A stretch of DNA of 64,000 nt from Minisyncoccota bacterium (GTDB taxonomy: Bacteria; Patescibacteriota; Minisyncoccia; Phycocordibacterales; CAIZLB01): assembly GCA_021734945.1 (NCBI GenBank), contig JAIPIA010000003.1:92895-156894 (forward strand), given 5' to 3'. Positions within the stretch are counted from its first letter, which is position 1, and every line of letters starts with the position of its first letter. Made by a program: the position numbers and the translations under genes. The notes under the pieces were generated by a model. The model was not told the origin of the DNA. It did not search any database and saw only the letters and a program-made list of their open reading frames with translations. This document shows positions 20,358 to 30,371 of the stretch, in pieces.

Positions 20358-20828
20358 CTACACTAACTGCTTCAGTGGTCCCAAAAGATGCATCTCTGCA
20401 AACTGGAGAAACAATCCAACTTCGAGTCTGAATTTTTTCTCCCAGTATTCGTAAAGTATTGATTTAGGAGAAGTCTCAGTAATGCGTGTATCGGTAGGAG
20501 CCGACACTCCATACTCAGAGTCAATCTTCACACCTTTATTAATACCTCGGCTTGACTGCCTGTCGAAGAATCTCGCAACATCTTCAAAGGAAGCTTTGTC
20601 CTCTTGAGTTAGTTGTCCAATACTTTGGTACAGGATACACAAACAAAAACAGAACTGAGTATCAACCCGAACAGCAACCATAGGATGATATCCGTGGATC
20701 ACCGTGTACTCGATTTCAGTCTGATTGAAGAGAAGTGCCTTGTCTTGCATCTGAAGACGCCCTACCATGTAAGAGTAGGCGTTTGCTAGAACTCTGTATG
20801 TAATGAGGCTGGGTTCGATCTGGAACAT
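20358..20828 (-). CDS. Hypothetical protein (156 aa)
   Basis: A continuous ORF with no recognisable motifs. Confidence 0.4.
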   Translation of the reverse strand: MFQIEPSLITYRVLANAYSYMVGRLQMQDKALLFNQTEIEYTVIHGYHPMVAVRVDTQFCFCLCILYQSIGQLTQEDKASFEDVARFFDRQSSRGINKGVKIDSEYGVSAPTDTRITETSPKSILYEYWEKKFRLEVGLFLQFAEMHLLGPLKQLV

Positions 20829-21054
20829 AAGTTTTTAAAGGAGGGGTTCTGGTTCAATTAATTTCGATTACACAATCAGACAACATTGGATGCTAGCTGA
20901 ATTATGGAATAGAAAATTTGGACCAAATCAATCTAAAAAATACCCAAATATTCAGACCTCATCAAAAGAACAATTGACCCCTTTTATATACCAAAAACCA
21001 CCTCGACGCAATGCCTGGTGGTTTTTGGATTTCTTTTGGTTTTCTAGATTTAAA

Positions 21055-22491
21055 CTAGATCTGATCAACAGTAACCATGTTTGTCTCATCTGCCTCCTTA
21101 AATGGAGTTCCTGAGATAAACACGAGCTTGTCTCCTTTCTTTACGAGCTTTTCAGCGATGAGCATTTTCTTTGCATCTTCGTGAGCTTCTCGGAAACCTA
21201 CGTGAGATTTGATAAGTACTGGGTATACACCGTAGTATAGACACATCTGGTTGTAAGTCTTCTGATCTGGAGTAATAGCGATAACTGGAACTGAAACTCG
21301 CTGTCGTGAAGCAAGAGCGGCTGCATTACCGAACTCTGTGAGAGCTACAATATATTTAGCACTAATCTGTTCAGCTGTGTGAGCTGCAGCACCTCCAATA
21401 GCCTTACTAAGAGTGTCTGATTCAAGTCGCTCTGGATGTGCAAGAAGAATAGAGTGTCGAACATCGTTCTCAACTTCGTTAGCAATCTTAGCCATCATTT
21501 CAACAGCTTCAACTGGGTATGCACCTAGAGTTGTTTCTTCTGAAAGCATAACTGCATCTGTACCATCAAGCATAGCGTTAGCAACATCTGAAACCTCAGC
21601 TCGTGTAGGGACTGGACTCTTGATCATTGATTCGAGCATTTGTGTAGCTGTAATAACTGGCTTACCTGCAGCATTACATTTTTCGATAATCATCTTCTGA
21701 GCTAGAGGTACTTTTTCAGCTGGGATTTCTACAGCGAGATCTCCTCGAGCAACCATAGCACCATCAACGATTTCTAGGATTTCGTCAAAGTTTGTAAGAG
21801 CCTGAGGTGTCTCAATCTTTGCAATAATCTTTGTGTGTTCCATTCCTCGCTTGTTGAGGATCTTTCGGAGTTCAGCAGCTTCTGAGGCTTTTCGTACGAA
21901 TGAAAATGCAACGTAATCTACATTGTTCTTTTCACCGAATTCGATATCCTTCTTATCTTTAGCTGTAAGAGCACTAATAGAAAGATCTGAATCTGGAAGG
22001 TTTACACCTCGTCGTCCTTTGAGTTCACCACCGTTTACAACTTTACAAATAACTTCATCACCCTTGATGTCAGTACAAACCATTCGCACCTTTCCATCAT
22101 CAACAAGAACTGCTTCACCCTTTTTGATTTCAGCAGGAAGTTTTGGATAGTTGATGTAAGCTTTTGTTTCATCACCTACAGTTTTTTCATTTGTAGAAAA
22201 TGTAAATTTCTGGCCAGTCTTGAGAGTTATTCGAACTGCTGGATCATTCTGGAATGTTCCTGTTCGAATCTTAGGACCACTAAGGTCTTGGAGGATAGCT
22301 ACTGGAATACCTGTCTTCTTTGACGCAGCTTTTGCATTGTCTACTTTTTCCTGGTGTTCAGCAAAATCTCCGTGTGAGAAGTTAAGTCGAACTACGTTAA
22401 GACCTGCCTTGAGAAGCTTCTCAAGCTGAGCCTGACTTGATGTAGCAGGACCAATTGTTGCTACGATCTTTGTTTTCTTTCCTAGGTGCAT
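21055..22491 (-). CDS. pyk: Pyruvate kinase
   Basis: KTKIVATIGPATSS...NVVRLNFSHGD ... MVARGDLAVEIP are canonical pyruvate kinase motifs. Confidence 0.9.
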   Translation of the reverse strand: MHLGKKTKIVATIGPATSSQAQLEKLLKAGLNVVRLNFSHGDFAEHQEKVDNAKAASKKTGIPVAILQDLSGPKIRTGTFQNDPAVRITLKTGQKFTFSTNEKTVGDETKAYINYPKLPAEIKKGEAVLVDDGKVRMVCTDIKGDEVICKVVNGGELKGRRGVNLPDSDLSISALTAKDKKDIEFGEKNNVDYVAFSFVRKASEAAELRKILNKRGMEHTKIIAKIETPQALTNFDEILEIVDGAMVARGDLAVEIPAEKVPLAQKMIIEKCNAAGKPVITATQMLESMIKSPVPTRAEVSDVANAMLDGTDAVMLSEETTLGAYPVEAVEMMAKIANEVENDVRHSILLAHPERLESDTLSKAIGGAAAHTAEQISAKYIVALTEFGNAAALASRQRVSVPVIAITPDQKTYNQMCLYYGVYPVLIKSHVGFREAHEDAKKMLIAEKLVKKGDKLVFISGTPFKEADETNMVTVDQI

Positions 22492-22610
22492 ATATGTGGG
22501 TTTAACAGAATTAATTTAATAGGGGTCTATTCTAGCAGGGATTAGGGGGTTATTCAAGGGAACACTTGTGCAAGGCCAAGGTGATACATTTAGGTATGGT
22601 CAGAGTTGTA

Positions 22611-23264
22611 CTATTTAGCACTAAGGAGGATTTTGAGACCTAAAGCAGTCAAAACCACTCCTGTAATTTTCTCAATCACACCTTTTATAGACTTCATTTT
22701 TCTAGATACAAGATCTGTACTTAGAAAAAATGAAACAATAGAAAACCACAAGGTTGTCGCAAGTACCATTTCCAATCCATACCCTATTTGTATGAATGTT
22801 GGCGTTGATGGATTAATAACTTGAGTGAAAACAGCAAGAATAAACAAAGTTGCTTTTGGATTCAAAGCATTGGTGAGAAAACCAGATTTCATTGCTTTCC
22901 AAGAATTCATTTTCTCTTTATTTTGAATTTCATTTGAAAGTTCAGTAATAGATATCGATTTAGGCTTAGAATCTTTAGCTTTTCTAAATGACATTAAACC
23001 AATGTAAATTAGATAGAGCGCACCTAAAATCTTTATTGTATTAAACAATAGAACCGAACTTGCAATCAATGTGCCAATACCAAGTATCGAATATGTGACA
23101 TGCAAGCCAATCCCTAATGCTATTCCTATGGCACCCATGAAACCAATTTTTCTAGAATAAGAAAGACTGAGCTTACTGATTAATACAAAATCTGGACCAG
23201 GACTAATAACTGCCAACGCGTGAATACCAGCCACAGTAAGTAACTGCAAAATATATATGTTCAT
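22611..23264 (-). CDS. LysE/RhtB-family amino-acid exporter
   Basis: ISPGPDFVLISK at the N-terminus, six TM helices and a ~210-aa length. Confidence 0.8.
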   Translation of the reverse strand: MNIYILQLLTVAGIHALAVISPGPDFVLISKLSLSYSRKIGFMGAIGIALGIGLHVTYSILGIGTLIASSVLLFNTIKILGALYLIYIGLMSFRKAKDSKPKSISITELSNEIQNKEKMNSWKAMKSGFLTNALNPKATLFILAVFTQVINPSTPTFIQIGYGLEMVLATTLWFSIVSFFLSTDLVSRKMKSIKGVIEKITGVVLTALGLKILLSAK

Positions 23265-23473
23265 GCTTGTTAAAGTATTTCTCTTTTATGAGTAAATACT
23301 AGATTAAAATTTTAAATAGAGACTAAATAAGAGCCGTGTAGTACGACCTAGATTCGTAAATACTTATTTTTATAAGTACGTAAATTTCATATATTTAAAA
23401 GTATGTGCCGTTAATGTAAGCAAGACTATGGAGTGCAGATTTCATATATTTAATATTAGCAAAAACTATACGA

Positions 23474-23501
23474 TTGACAATGAGCAACCAAAGTATATAC
23501 T
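23474..23501 (+). promoter_or_regulatory. Sigma70-like promoter TTGACA-N16-TATACT placed for a leaderless transcript starting at or near the ATG at 23509
   Basis: TTGACA at 23474..23479 and TATACT at 23496..23501. The ATG lies 7 nt downstream. Confidence 0.3.
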
Positions 23502-23508
23502 TTGGTTT

Positions 23509-23784
23509 ATGAAAACAGTATTGAATCTGAAAATAGAAAAATCACTTAAATTAGAAGCTCAGGAAATTGCTGAAAATTTTGGTATTCCACTTGGAACTAT
23601 TTTAAACGCCCTCCTGCGACAATTTGTACGCACAAAAGAAATTTCACTTGATATGTCATATAGACCTACTCCCTTTTTACAATCAATACTTAAAGAAGCA
23701 GAAGCTGAACTTTTAAGAACTGGTTCTCATTCAATAGAAAAACTTGAGAGTAAGGAATTCATAAAAAAATTAAAGAAACTTTAG
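23509..23784 (+). CDS. RelB/DinJ-family antitoxin-like protein, solitary
   Basis: MKTVLNLKIEKSLKLEAQEIAENFGIPLGTILNALLRQFV matches the DinJ N-terminal ribbon-helix pattern. The track ORF begins at 23428, but the start at 23509 fits the family and the promoter. Confidence 0.5.
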   Translation: MKTVLNLKIEKSLKLEAQEIAENFGIPLGTILNALLRQFVRTKEISLDMSYRPTPFLQSILKEAEAELLRTGSHSIEKLESKEFIKKLKKL

Positions 23785-23856
23785 AAAGATTTTATCACTA
23801 AGTGCTTTAATAAGTACTTATGAGATATAGCACCTCTAAAACTTTTGAATGGATAG

Positions 23857-24483
23857 TTAATCTAAGAGGTGTGAGTGGTCGTTCCAAGTGAGCATTCTCC
23901 ATTTTCCATCGTCATATGTAAATTCTGAGATACCTGTATTTTCGGCCCAGAGACGCTTTACAACTACTTTAAACAAGTCGGGTGTCAATTGCTCCCCAAA
24001 GAAGATAACTGCAAAAACCATTCTAAGGACATATTCATGTGTTACCGCTACTATTGTATCTGCAGGTAAAGAAAGCAATTCATCCAGAGCCTTTTTAACT
24101 CGTTCACTCAAATCATAGAAGTTTTCTTCATCTAAATGTTTCCAGTCTTTATTACCCCAATTCTTTTCCACTTCATTCATAATCTTGATTGTCTCTTCAT
24201 CAGTTTTTGGTTTACCTCTCACATCCTCGGGTCGATGTATTTCGTGGAGTAATTTTGTAGGTATAACTTCTAGACCAATGTCTGCACTAATTATTTGAGC
24301 AGTCTCAAAAGCGCGATCCATGTCGCTTGCTATGATCATACCAACTTTAATATTCGTAAATCTTTTTGAAACTTTTGCAGCTTGTTCTCTTCCATAGTCA
24401 GACAATGGCTGTTCAAAGGTCTGCCATAGACCTTGCTCATTACCACCTGTTCTCCCATGTCTCACAAAATAAATTCTCTTCAT
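23857..24483 (-). CDS. Histidine phosphatase family protein (phosphoglycerate-mutase-like)
   Basis: The IYFVRHGRTGGN (RHG) catalytic motif and a downstream H in VTHEYV. Confidence 0.8.
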   Translation of the reverse strand: MKRIYFVRHGRTGGNEQGLWQTFEQPLSDYGREQAAKVSKRFTNIKVGMIIASDMDRAFETAQIISADIGLEVIPTKLLHEIHRPEDVRGKPKTDEETIKIMNEVEKNWGNKDWKHLDEENFYDLSERVKKALDELLSLPADTIVAVTHEYVLRMVFAVIFFGEQLTPDLFKVVVKRLWAENTGISEFTYDDGKWRMLTWNDHSHLLD

Positions 24484-24567
24484 ATTTTTAGTTTATTTCT
24501 TTGTTTTAAATATTAATATTAGTCTTAAGTCCAACAAACTATATTTCACCAACTACGCCTGACAACC

Positions 24568-25353
24568 CTACGCCTGACTTGGATAACTTTTCTTCACCAA
24601 CTCAACAAGTTCTGGAAATAGAAATTTGTTTGCAACAACCAACCCTTTATCACCAGGTTTATATGTAGTACCTTCAAAATTTGAAACCATACAACCTGCC
24701 TCCTGCGCAATAAGAGATGTTGCAGCATAATCCCATGCATTTTTACTTGGACCAATATACCAATCACGTCTACCTGTTGAAACCCACATACCTGACACAG
24801 CAGAACTCGCCACCGCGTTTGTCCAACCTGTACCTTCTGAAAGCTGACTGATGCCTTTCTGAAAATTTTCATACATAGGTTTAAAGGTAATAGTCCCAAG
24901 TCCATAACTTCCCTTCCAATCTTCTTTTTGTGAGCACTCTGTCTTTGTTCCATTTAGGAAAGCACCCTTACCTTTTTCGGCATAAAGAAACTCTTTAACA
25001 ATAGGGAGATAAATAGCCGCATATTTAATTTCCCCCTTACACATAAGCGCAATATTTATTCCAAAGAGTGGAGTGTGCGATGCGAAATTTTTTGTACCAT
25101 CGAGAGGGTCTATATACCAAACATTTTCTGAGTCGAGCTGATAACCTTCACCCTCTTCTGAAACAATACCGTGGTCAGGATAGTTCTTTTTTATAGCATC
25201 ACAAATAAAAGTGTTTGAAGCTAGGTCAGCTTCTGTGACAATGTCTGTAACTCGTTCTTTAGAATATAGAGATGTGGACTTTCCAAAAAATCCAAGAATA
25301 ACATCGCCCGCTTGAAATACTGTGTCTTTAATGAAGGTTTCCATGTTTTGCAT
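24568..25353 (-). CDS. Inositol monophosphatase / FBPase-family (SuhB-like) phosphatase
   Basis: WYIDPLDGTKNFA (DPIDGT motif) and WDYAA. The track ORF start at 25455 would overlap tRNA-Ile, so the start was moved to MQNMETF at 25353. Confidence 0.8.
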   Translation of the reverse strand: MQNMETFIKDTVFQAGDVILGFFGKSTSLYSKERVTDIVTEADLASNTFICDAIKKNYPDHGIVSEEGEGYQLDSENVWYIDPLDGTKNFASHTPLFGINIALMCKGEIKYAAIYLPIVKEFLYAEKGKGAFLNGTKTECSQKEDWKGSYGLGTITFKPMYENFQKGISQLSEGTGWTNAVASSAVSGMWVSTGRRDWYIGPSKNAWDYAATSLIAQEAGCMVSNFEGTTYKPGDKGLVVANKFLFPELVELVKKSYPSQA

Positions 25354-25422
25354 GTATTGAGGATAGCACAAGTTTAAGAGTAACAAAAAACCCAGAGTAG
25401 TCTGGGTTTTTTTGAATCTTAG

Positions 25423-25495
25423 TGCGCCCGCCAGGATTCGAACCTGGGACCCCATCAGTATCAGTGATGTGCTCTACCAACTGAGCTACGAGCGC
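25423..25495 (-). tRNA. tRNA-Ile (anticodon GAU); no encoded CCA
   Basis: The reverse complement folds as GCGCTCG-TA-GCTC-AGTTGGTA-GAGC-A-CATCA-CTGATAC-TGATG-GGGTC-CCAGG-TTCGAAT-CCTGG-CGGGCGC-A. All four stems pair. Confidence 0.8.
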
Positions 25496-25585
25496 ATTTT
25501 ACGTTCCCACAGCCGGACCCTTTGACCCTCTAACTGAGTAATAACGTGTGCATTACCATACCAAAAAATAGGACCAAAAACAAGC

Positions 25586-26419
25586 CTACACCTCTCTGCT
25601 TTTGTCCTCTTCCTCAGTACTCATTAGACCAGAAGAACTAGGTATAGAATTCAACTTCGCTATAAGTTCATCCATTCTCTTTTTTATAGCTAAATCTTTT
25701 ACTGGGGGATTACGTAATCTTTCCCCTCTCTTTTCCTGCGCCTGTACTATTTGAATTTCTCTTTCTCTCCCTATTTCTTCAAGCCTGTGTATCGACATTT
25801 GAACTATATGGATATCTGTTTCTGACATTGATCGTTCCTCTATATATGAAAACAACTTTTCTTGATCTATATTTTTAAGATCAAGCTGTGAAATAGTATC
25901 TACATAATATTCTCCACCGTCTTCACCTACTATTATATTTCCTGAAGTCCAATCAATAATGAATGGCAATCCAATCTCGTTACAGGTCTCTTCAACTCTA
26001 TTTATAGGAAAGAGAATTTTTTTACCTTCTTCTGATTTTACAACCCTTTCACGTATTGTACCTGAAATATTATCTCTTTCTCGAGAATTTACAACACTAT
26101 CACTGTTTTTTCCAAAAGCTGCATAAAAATGTGGAAAATTATGTGGAAACAAAGTAGAAAAAATTCTTTGAGCATAAAAGACTTCTTTCATCCTTAAAGG
26201 GTTCATATCAGAATATGTATATGCAGTAACGGTTTCCTTGTTATTAATATTCTTTCCAGGAACGACCACACATTCTGCTCCACTTCCAATTACCTCAACA
26301 TCGTTTCTTTTAGCAATTTCTTCAATCTGACCAGGCATTAAACTACAACTACGTTCTTGAACTTTTTTTTCTCGGATATCATCTATAAATTCATTTCTTG
26401 GCATTCCTATTTCAGGCAT
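25586..26419 (-). CDS. Atypical protein-kinase-like protein, RIO/Kdo-kinase-like
   Basis: Gly-loop VIGSGAECVVV and catalytic/metal-binding stretch IIDWTSGNIIVGEDGGEYYVDTISQ. Compare RIO1 hGDLSEYNIlv...vyiIDxxQ and the ~260-aa RIO1 length. Confidence 0.4.
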   Translation of the reverse strand: MPEIGMPRNEFIDDIREKKVQERSCSLMPGQIEEIAKRNDVEVIGSGAECVVVPGKNINNKETVTAYTYSDMNPLRMKEVFYAQRIFSTLFPHNFPHFYAAFGKNSDSVVNSRERDNISGTIRERVVKSEEGKKILFPINRVEETCNEIGLPFIIDWTSGNIIVGEDGGEYYVDTISQLDLKNIDQEKLFSYIEERSMSETDIHIVQMSIHRLEEIGREREIQIVQAQEKRGERLRNPPVKDLAIKKRMDELIAKLNSIPSSSGLMSTEEEDKSREV

Positions 26420-26711
26420 ATTTACATTATACCCTATGAAATTTGTAAAAGAAAAACCGCCCTTTCGGTGCGGAATTTCTTGTATAGAAATTTAAAGACA
26501 GAATAAGTTACAACATCTAAAGCTTATGAGATATACTCTATCTCGGCACTATCCTTTTCTTGAGTATGGATCTTTCTCCACTGTCAAAGCTTTTAAGACG
26601 CTTAGTCTCCATGTTTCGAAAGTCATGAACTCTTGTTCAAATCCGCATATGCAGGACTCGAACGATCGACAAGTATATTAGTGACAACCGTGAGGTATGT
26701 ATAATATGAAT

Positions 26712-28189
<1,478 letters not shown>

Positions 28190-28464
28190 AACTAAAAACT
28201 CAAACAAATAAACAAAGAAAAAATCTTTGTTTACGACTGTCGCTCTTTCGAGCTAAGTCATAAAAAGAATATGATGCTGTAACTTATTCTGTTTTCAAAT
28301 GGCCGAAGAATTTAAATTTTGTCTAAAATCTTTCCGATGCATTCGATATTGGTTTCCTGGAAGGTGGAACGAACCACTTGGTCGGTATGTCAGTCAGTTA
28401 ACTTTCATATCGATTCAACCAGGTAACTTATCTAAAAACGCCCTTTCTATAAGGCGTGATTGGT

Positions 28465-28492
28465 ATTATACGCACATGAGAACCTTTGTCAA
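28465..28492 (-). promoter_or_regulatory. 16S rRNA promoter TTGACA-N16-TATAAT, about 270 nt upstream of the mature 5' end
   Basis: The minus strand reads atTTGACAAAGGTTctcatgtgcgTATAATacc. It is nearly identical to the 23S promoter at 41996..42023. Confidence 0.5.
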
Positions 28493-28514
28493 ATACAAGA
28501 TATAGCTGTATCAT
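28486..28514 (+). promoter_or_regulatory. Putative divergent promoter TTGTCA-N17-TATCAT for the methyltransferase gene; its -35 overlaps the -35 of the 16S promoter on the other strand
   Basis: Read directly from the sequence. TTTGTCAAA and TTTGACAAA are reverse complements of each other. Confidence 0.3.
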
Positions 28515-28562
28515 ACCTTTACAAATACGTATACAAAAAAGCCCAAAATAACCCTATATTAC

Positions 28563-29213
28563 ATGCCTAAAATACCAATTGAAGAACTCAAAAAAGATAT
28601 GCAAATTAAGGCTTTTTTGTTAAATAAGAGCTTTGTATTCAATACTACATGGGGACTTTTTTGCCCTGAGGAGATTGATACTGGGACTAAGCTCCTTTTA
28701 AAGGCAGTTTCGGAGAATAAAAAGGTATTAGAAATTTTTGAGCAGAGCAAGGACGAAACTCAATCTGTGGATAGAATGGCGAAAACAGCGAACATACTTG
28801 ATATTGGTTGTGGATATGGACCGATAGGTCTTGCGCTCGCCAAGGCGCTTCCTACAGCCTCTGTAGACCTAATTGATAAGGATTTTGTAGCGGTAGATTA
28901 CTCTAAGAAAAACGCTGTCGAGAACAGCATTAAGAATGCACATTCATATTTATCGAACGGATTTTCACATGTACCTTCTGGTAAAAAATATTCGCTTATT
29001 GTTTCAAACCTCCCTGCCAAAGTTAGCAAGGAATTTTTCTGGATACTTTTTGCTGAAACATTTGAGCACTTAGAAAAAGATGGGTATTTTGCTGTAGTTG
29101 TAATTAAACAACTCGAAATAATGATGCGAAAAAACTTCAATACTCTTTTTGGTAATTCTGAGGTTATTGATAGAGATAAGACATATTCTGTTGTCATAAC
29201 AAAAAAGGAGTAA
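28563..29213 (+). CDS. Class I SAM-dependent methyltransferase of the RsmC/RsmD small-domain type
   Basis: ILDIGCGYGPIGLALAK (motif I) and VSNLPAK (NPPF-like motif IV variant). Confidence 0.55.
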   Translation: MPKIPIEELKKDMQIKAFLLNKSFVFNTTWGLFCPEEIDTGTKLLLKAVSENKKVLEIFEQSKDETQSVDRMAKTANILDIGCGYGPIGLALAKALPTASVDLIDKDFVAVDYSKKNAVENSIKNAHSYLSNGFSHVPSGKKYSLIVSNLPAKVSKEFFWILFAETFEHLEKDGYFAVVVIKQLEIMMRKNFNTLFGNSEVIDRDKTYSVVITKKE

Positions 29214-29267
29214 GACTCTACGTCTACACTCCTTTTTTAACTCTCATACCATTCGTCCTTTTTACTT

Positions 29268-30221
29268 CTAGCGCTCAATGAAGCTTGGATTATTAATACA
29301 CTTAAGGTTTTTATTTAGATCATTAATGTTTCCTTCTGAATCTTTAAAATCTCCATCTACACACTCGAGTTCAGCCTTATAAGAATCGCAAGTTTGCCCC
29401 CTACCTGCAATTGCTTTTGCATAGAAAACTATTTTATCACCATTTTGATACGTATTTCCTGCTCGCTTACACTCTGCATCTTTCTGCTCACAACTAAGTT
29501 CGGTATATGTAGGACTATTTGGAGAAAGTACGCCATTAACACAAGTTTTAACTTCTGTTGTACATGTGCCATCAGTGACTACTGGACTGAAGAATGTAAA
29601 ATTTGATCCGTCTGGAATTATAGTTCCATAACTACCTGTACATGGATTTTTTTGTTCTATAGTTACTACACCTGTAAAATCGACCCAACCTACAACATCA
29701 GAAGCCCATGCATAACCTCCAAATTTTGTTCCCGTAAGCGTTGTCCCATAATTTGAACCACTCAAACTAATCCAGCCATCAAAACCTCCTCTATTATCCA
29801 CTGCAGTACTTTTTGGGGCAACGCCCGAGACGACTCGAGCCCATCCTGTTAATTTGCCTCCCGCAATTTTTGCATTAGTTCCGTATGTAGTATTTGGAAA
29901 ACCAGAAAGACCACCAAACTGTACCCAACCGACATTTTCTGACCAAGCGTAGCCTACCAAACTACCGTCACCTTGAAGGATGACTGGAACTCCCCCATCT
30001 TTGAAAGATATCCAACCAATATTTTCTGACCAAGCGTAGCCGCTCAAACGAGTAGTGATCGTCGAGGTTGCAGTACTCTGTGCATCGACAATTTTTGGAT
30101 ATACGCTCAATTGCTTCCCATAAATGAGTACGGATGCACACAACAAAAACAGTGCACTGAACAGTATTGAATATCCAAATTTTTTAATAGAAATATATTT
30201 CATACAAATTAATAATAACAT
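29268..30221 (-). CDS. Secreted or membrane-anchored repeat protein with four GYAWSENIGW(I/V)xF-type repeats and a Cys-rich C-terminal domain
   Basis: An N-terminal hydrophobic signal. The repeats are GYAWSENIGWISF / GYAWSENVGWVQF / GWARVVS...GWISL / GYAWASDVVGWVDF. About 12 Cys residues lie in the last 110 aa. Confidence 0.55.
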   Translation of the reverse strand: MLLLICMKYISIKKFGYSILFSALFLLCASVLIYGKQLSVYPKIVDAQSTATSTITTRLSGYAWSENIGWISFKDGGVPVILQGDGSLVGYAWSENVGWVQFGGLSGFPNTTYGTNAKIAGGKLTGWARVVSGVAPKSTAVDNRGGFDGWISLSGSNYGTTLTGTKFGGYAWASDVVGWVDFTGVVTIEQKNPCTGSYGTIIPDGSNFTFFSPVVTDGTCTTEVKTCVNGVLSPNSPTYTELSCEQKDAECKRAGNTYQNGDKIVFYAKAIAGRGQTCDSYKAELECVDGDFKDSEGNINDLNKNLKCINNPSFIER

Positions 30222-30371
30222 CTAATCAACATGGGGGCATTAACATATGTCCACATTTGCTAGTCACATAATAAAAGATGAATCAATAATCTTAATAGTA
30301 CACATAAAAAACCTGCACACAGAAGTTTGGTGCAGGTTTTTTATAGAATTTAAGATTGAAAGAATCTAGAT

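Noticed and set aside
22606-22824. Plus-strand 72-aa ORF preceded by a perfect AAGGAGG
   Set aside because: It lies antisense within the well-supported LysE exporter gene. This genome does not appear to use Shine-Dalgarno sequences, and its 16S tail lacks CCUCC. It was judged a chance ORF.
24594-24953. 119-aa minus-strand ORF overlapping the inositol monophosphatase gene in another frame
   Set aside because: The phosphatase frame carries the DPIDGT and WDYAA motifs. The alternative frame has none.
26420-26711. Possible tRNA-Ala or other tRNA in the 290-nt spacer after 16S
   Set aside because: No cloverleaf could be folded. The gactcgaac segment lacks matching T-stem and acceptor pairing. 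Only a weak hairpin, ccgcaccgaaagggcgg, is present.
28299-28505. 68-aa plus-strand ORF in the 16S leader and promoter region
   Set aside because: It sits across the rRNA promoter and leader. It has no motif support and is more likely non-coding.
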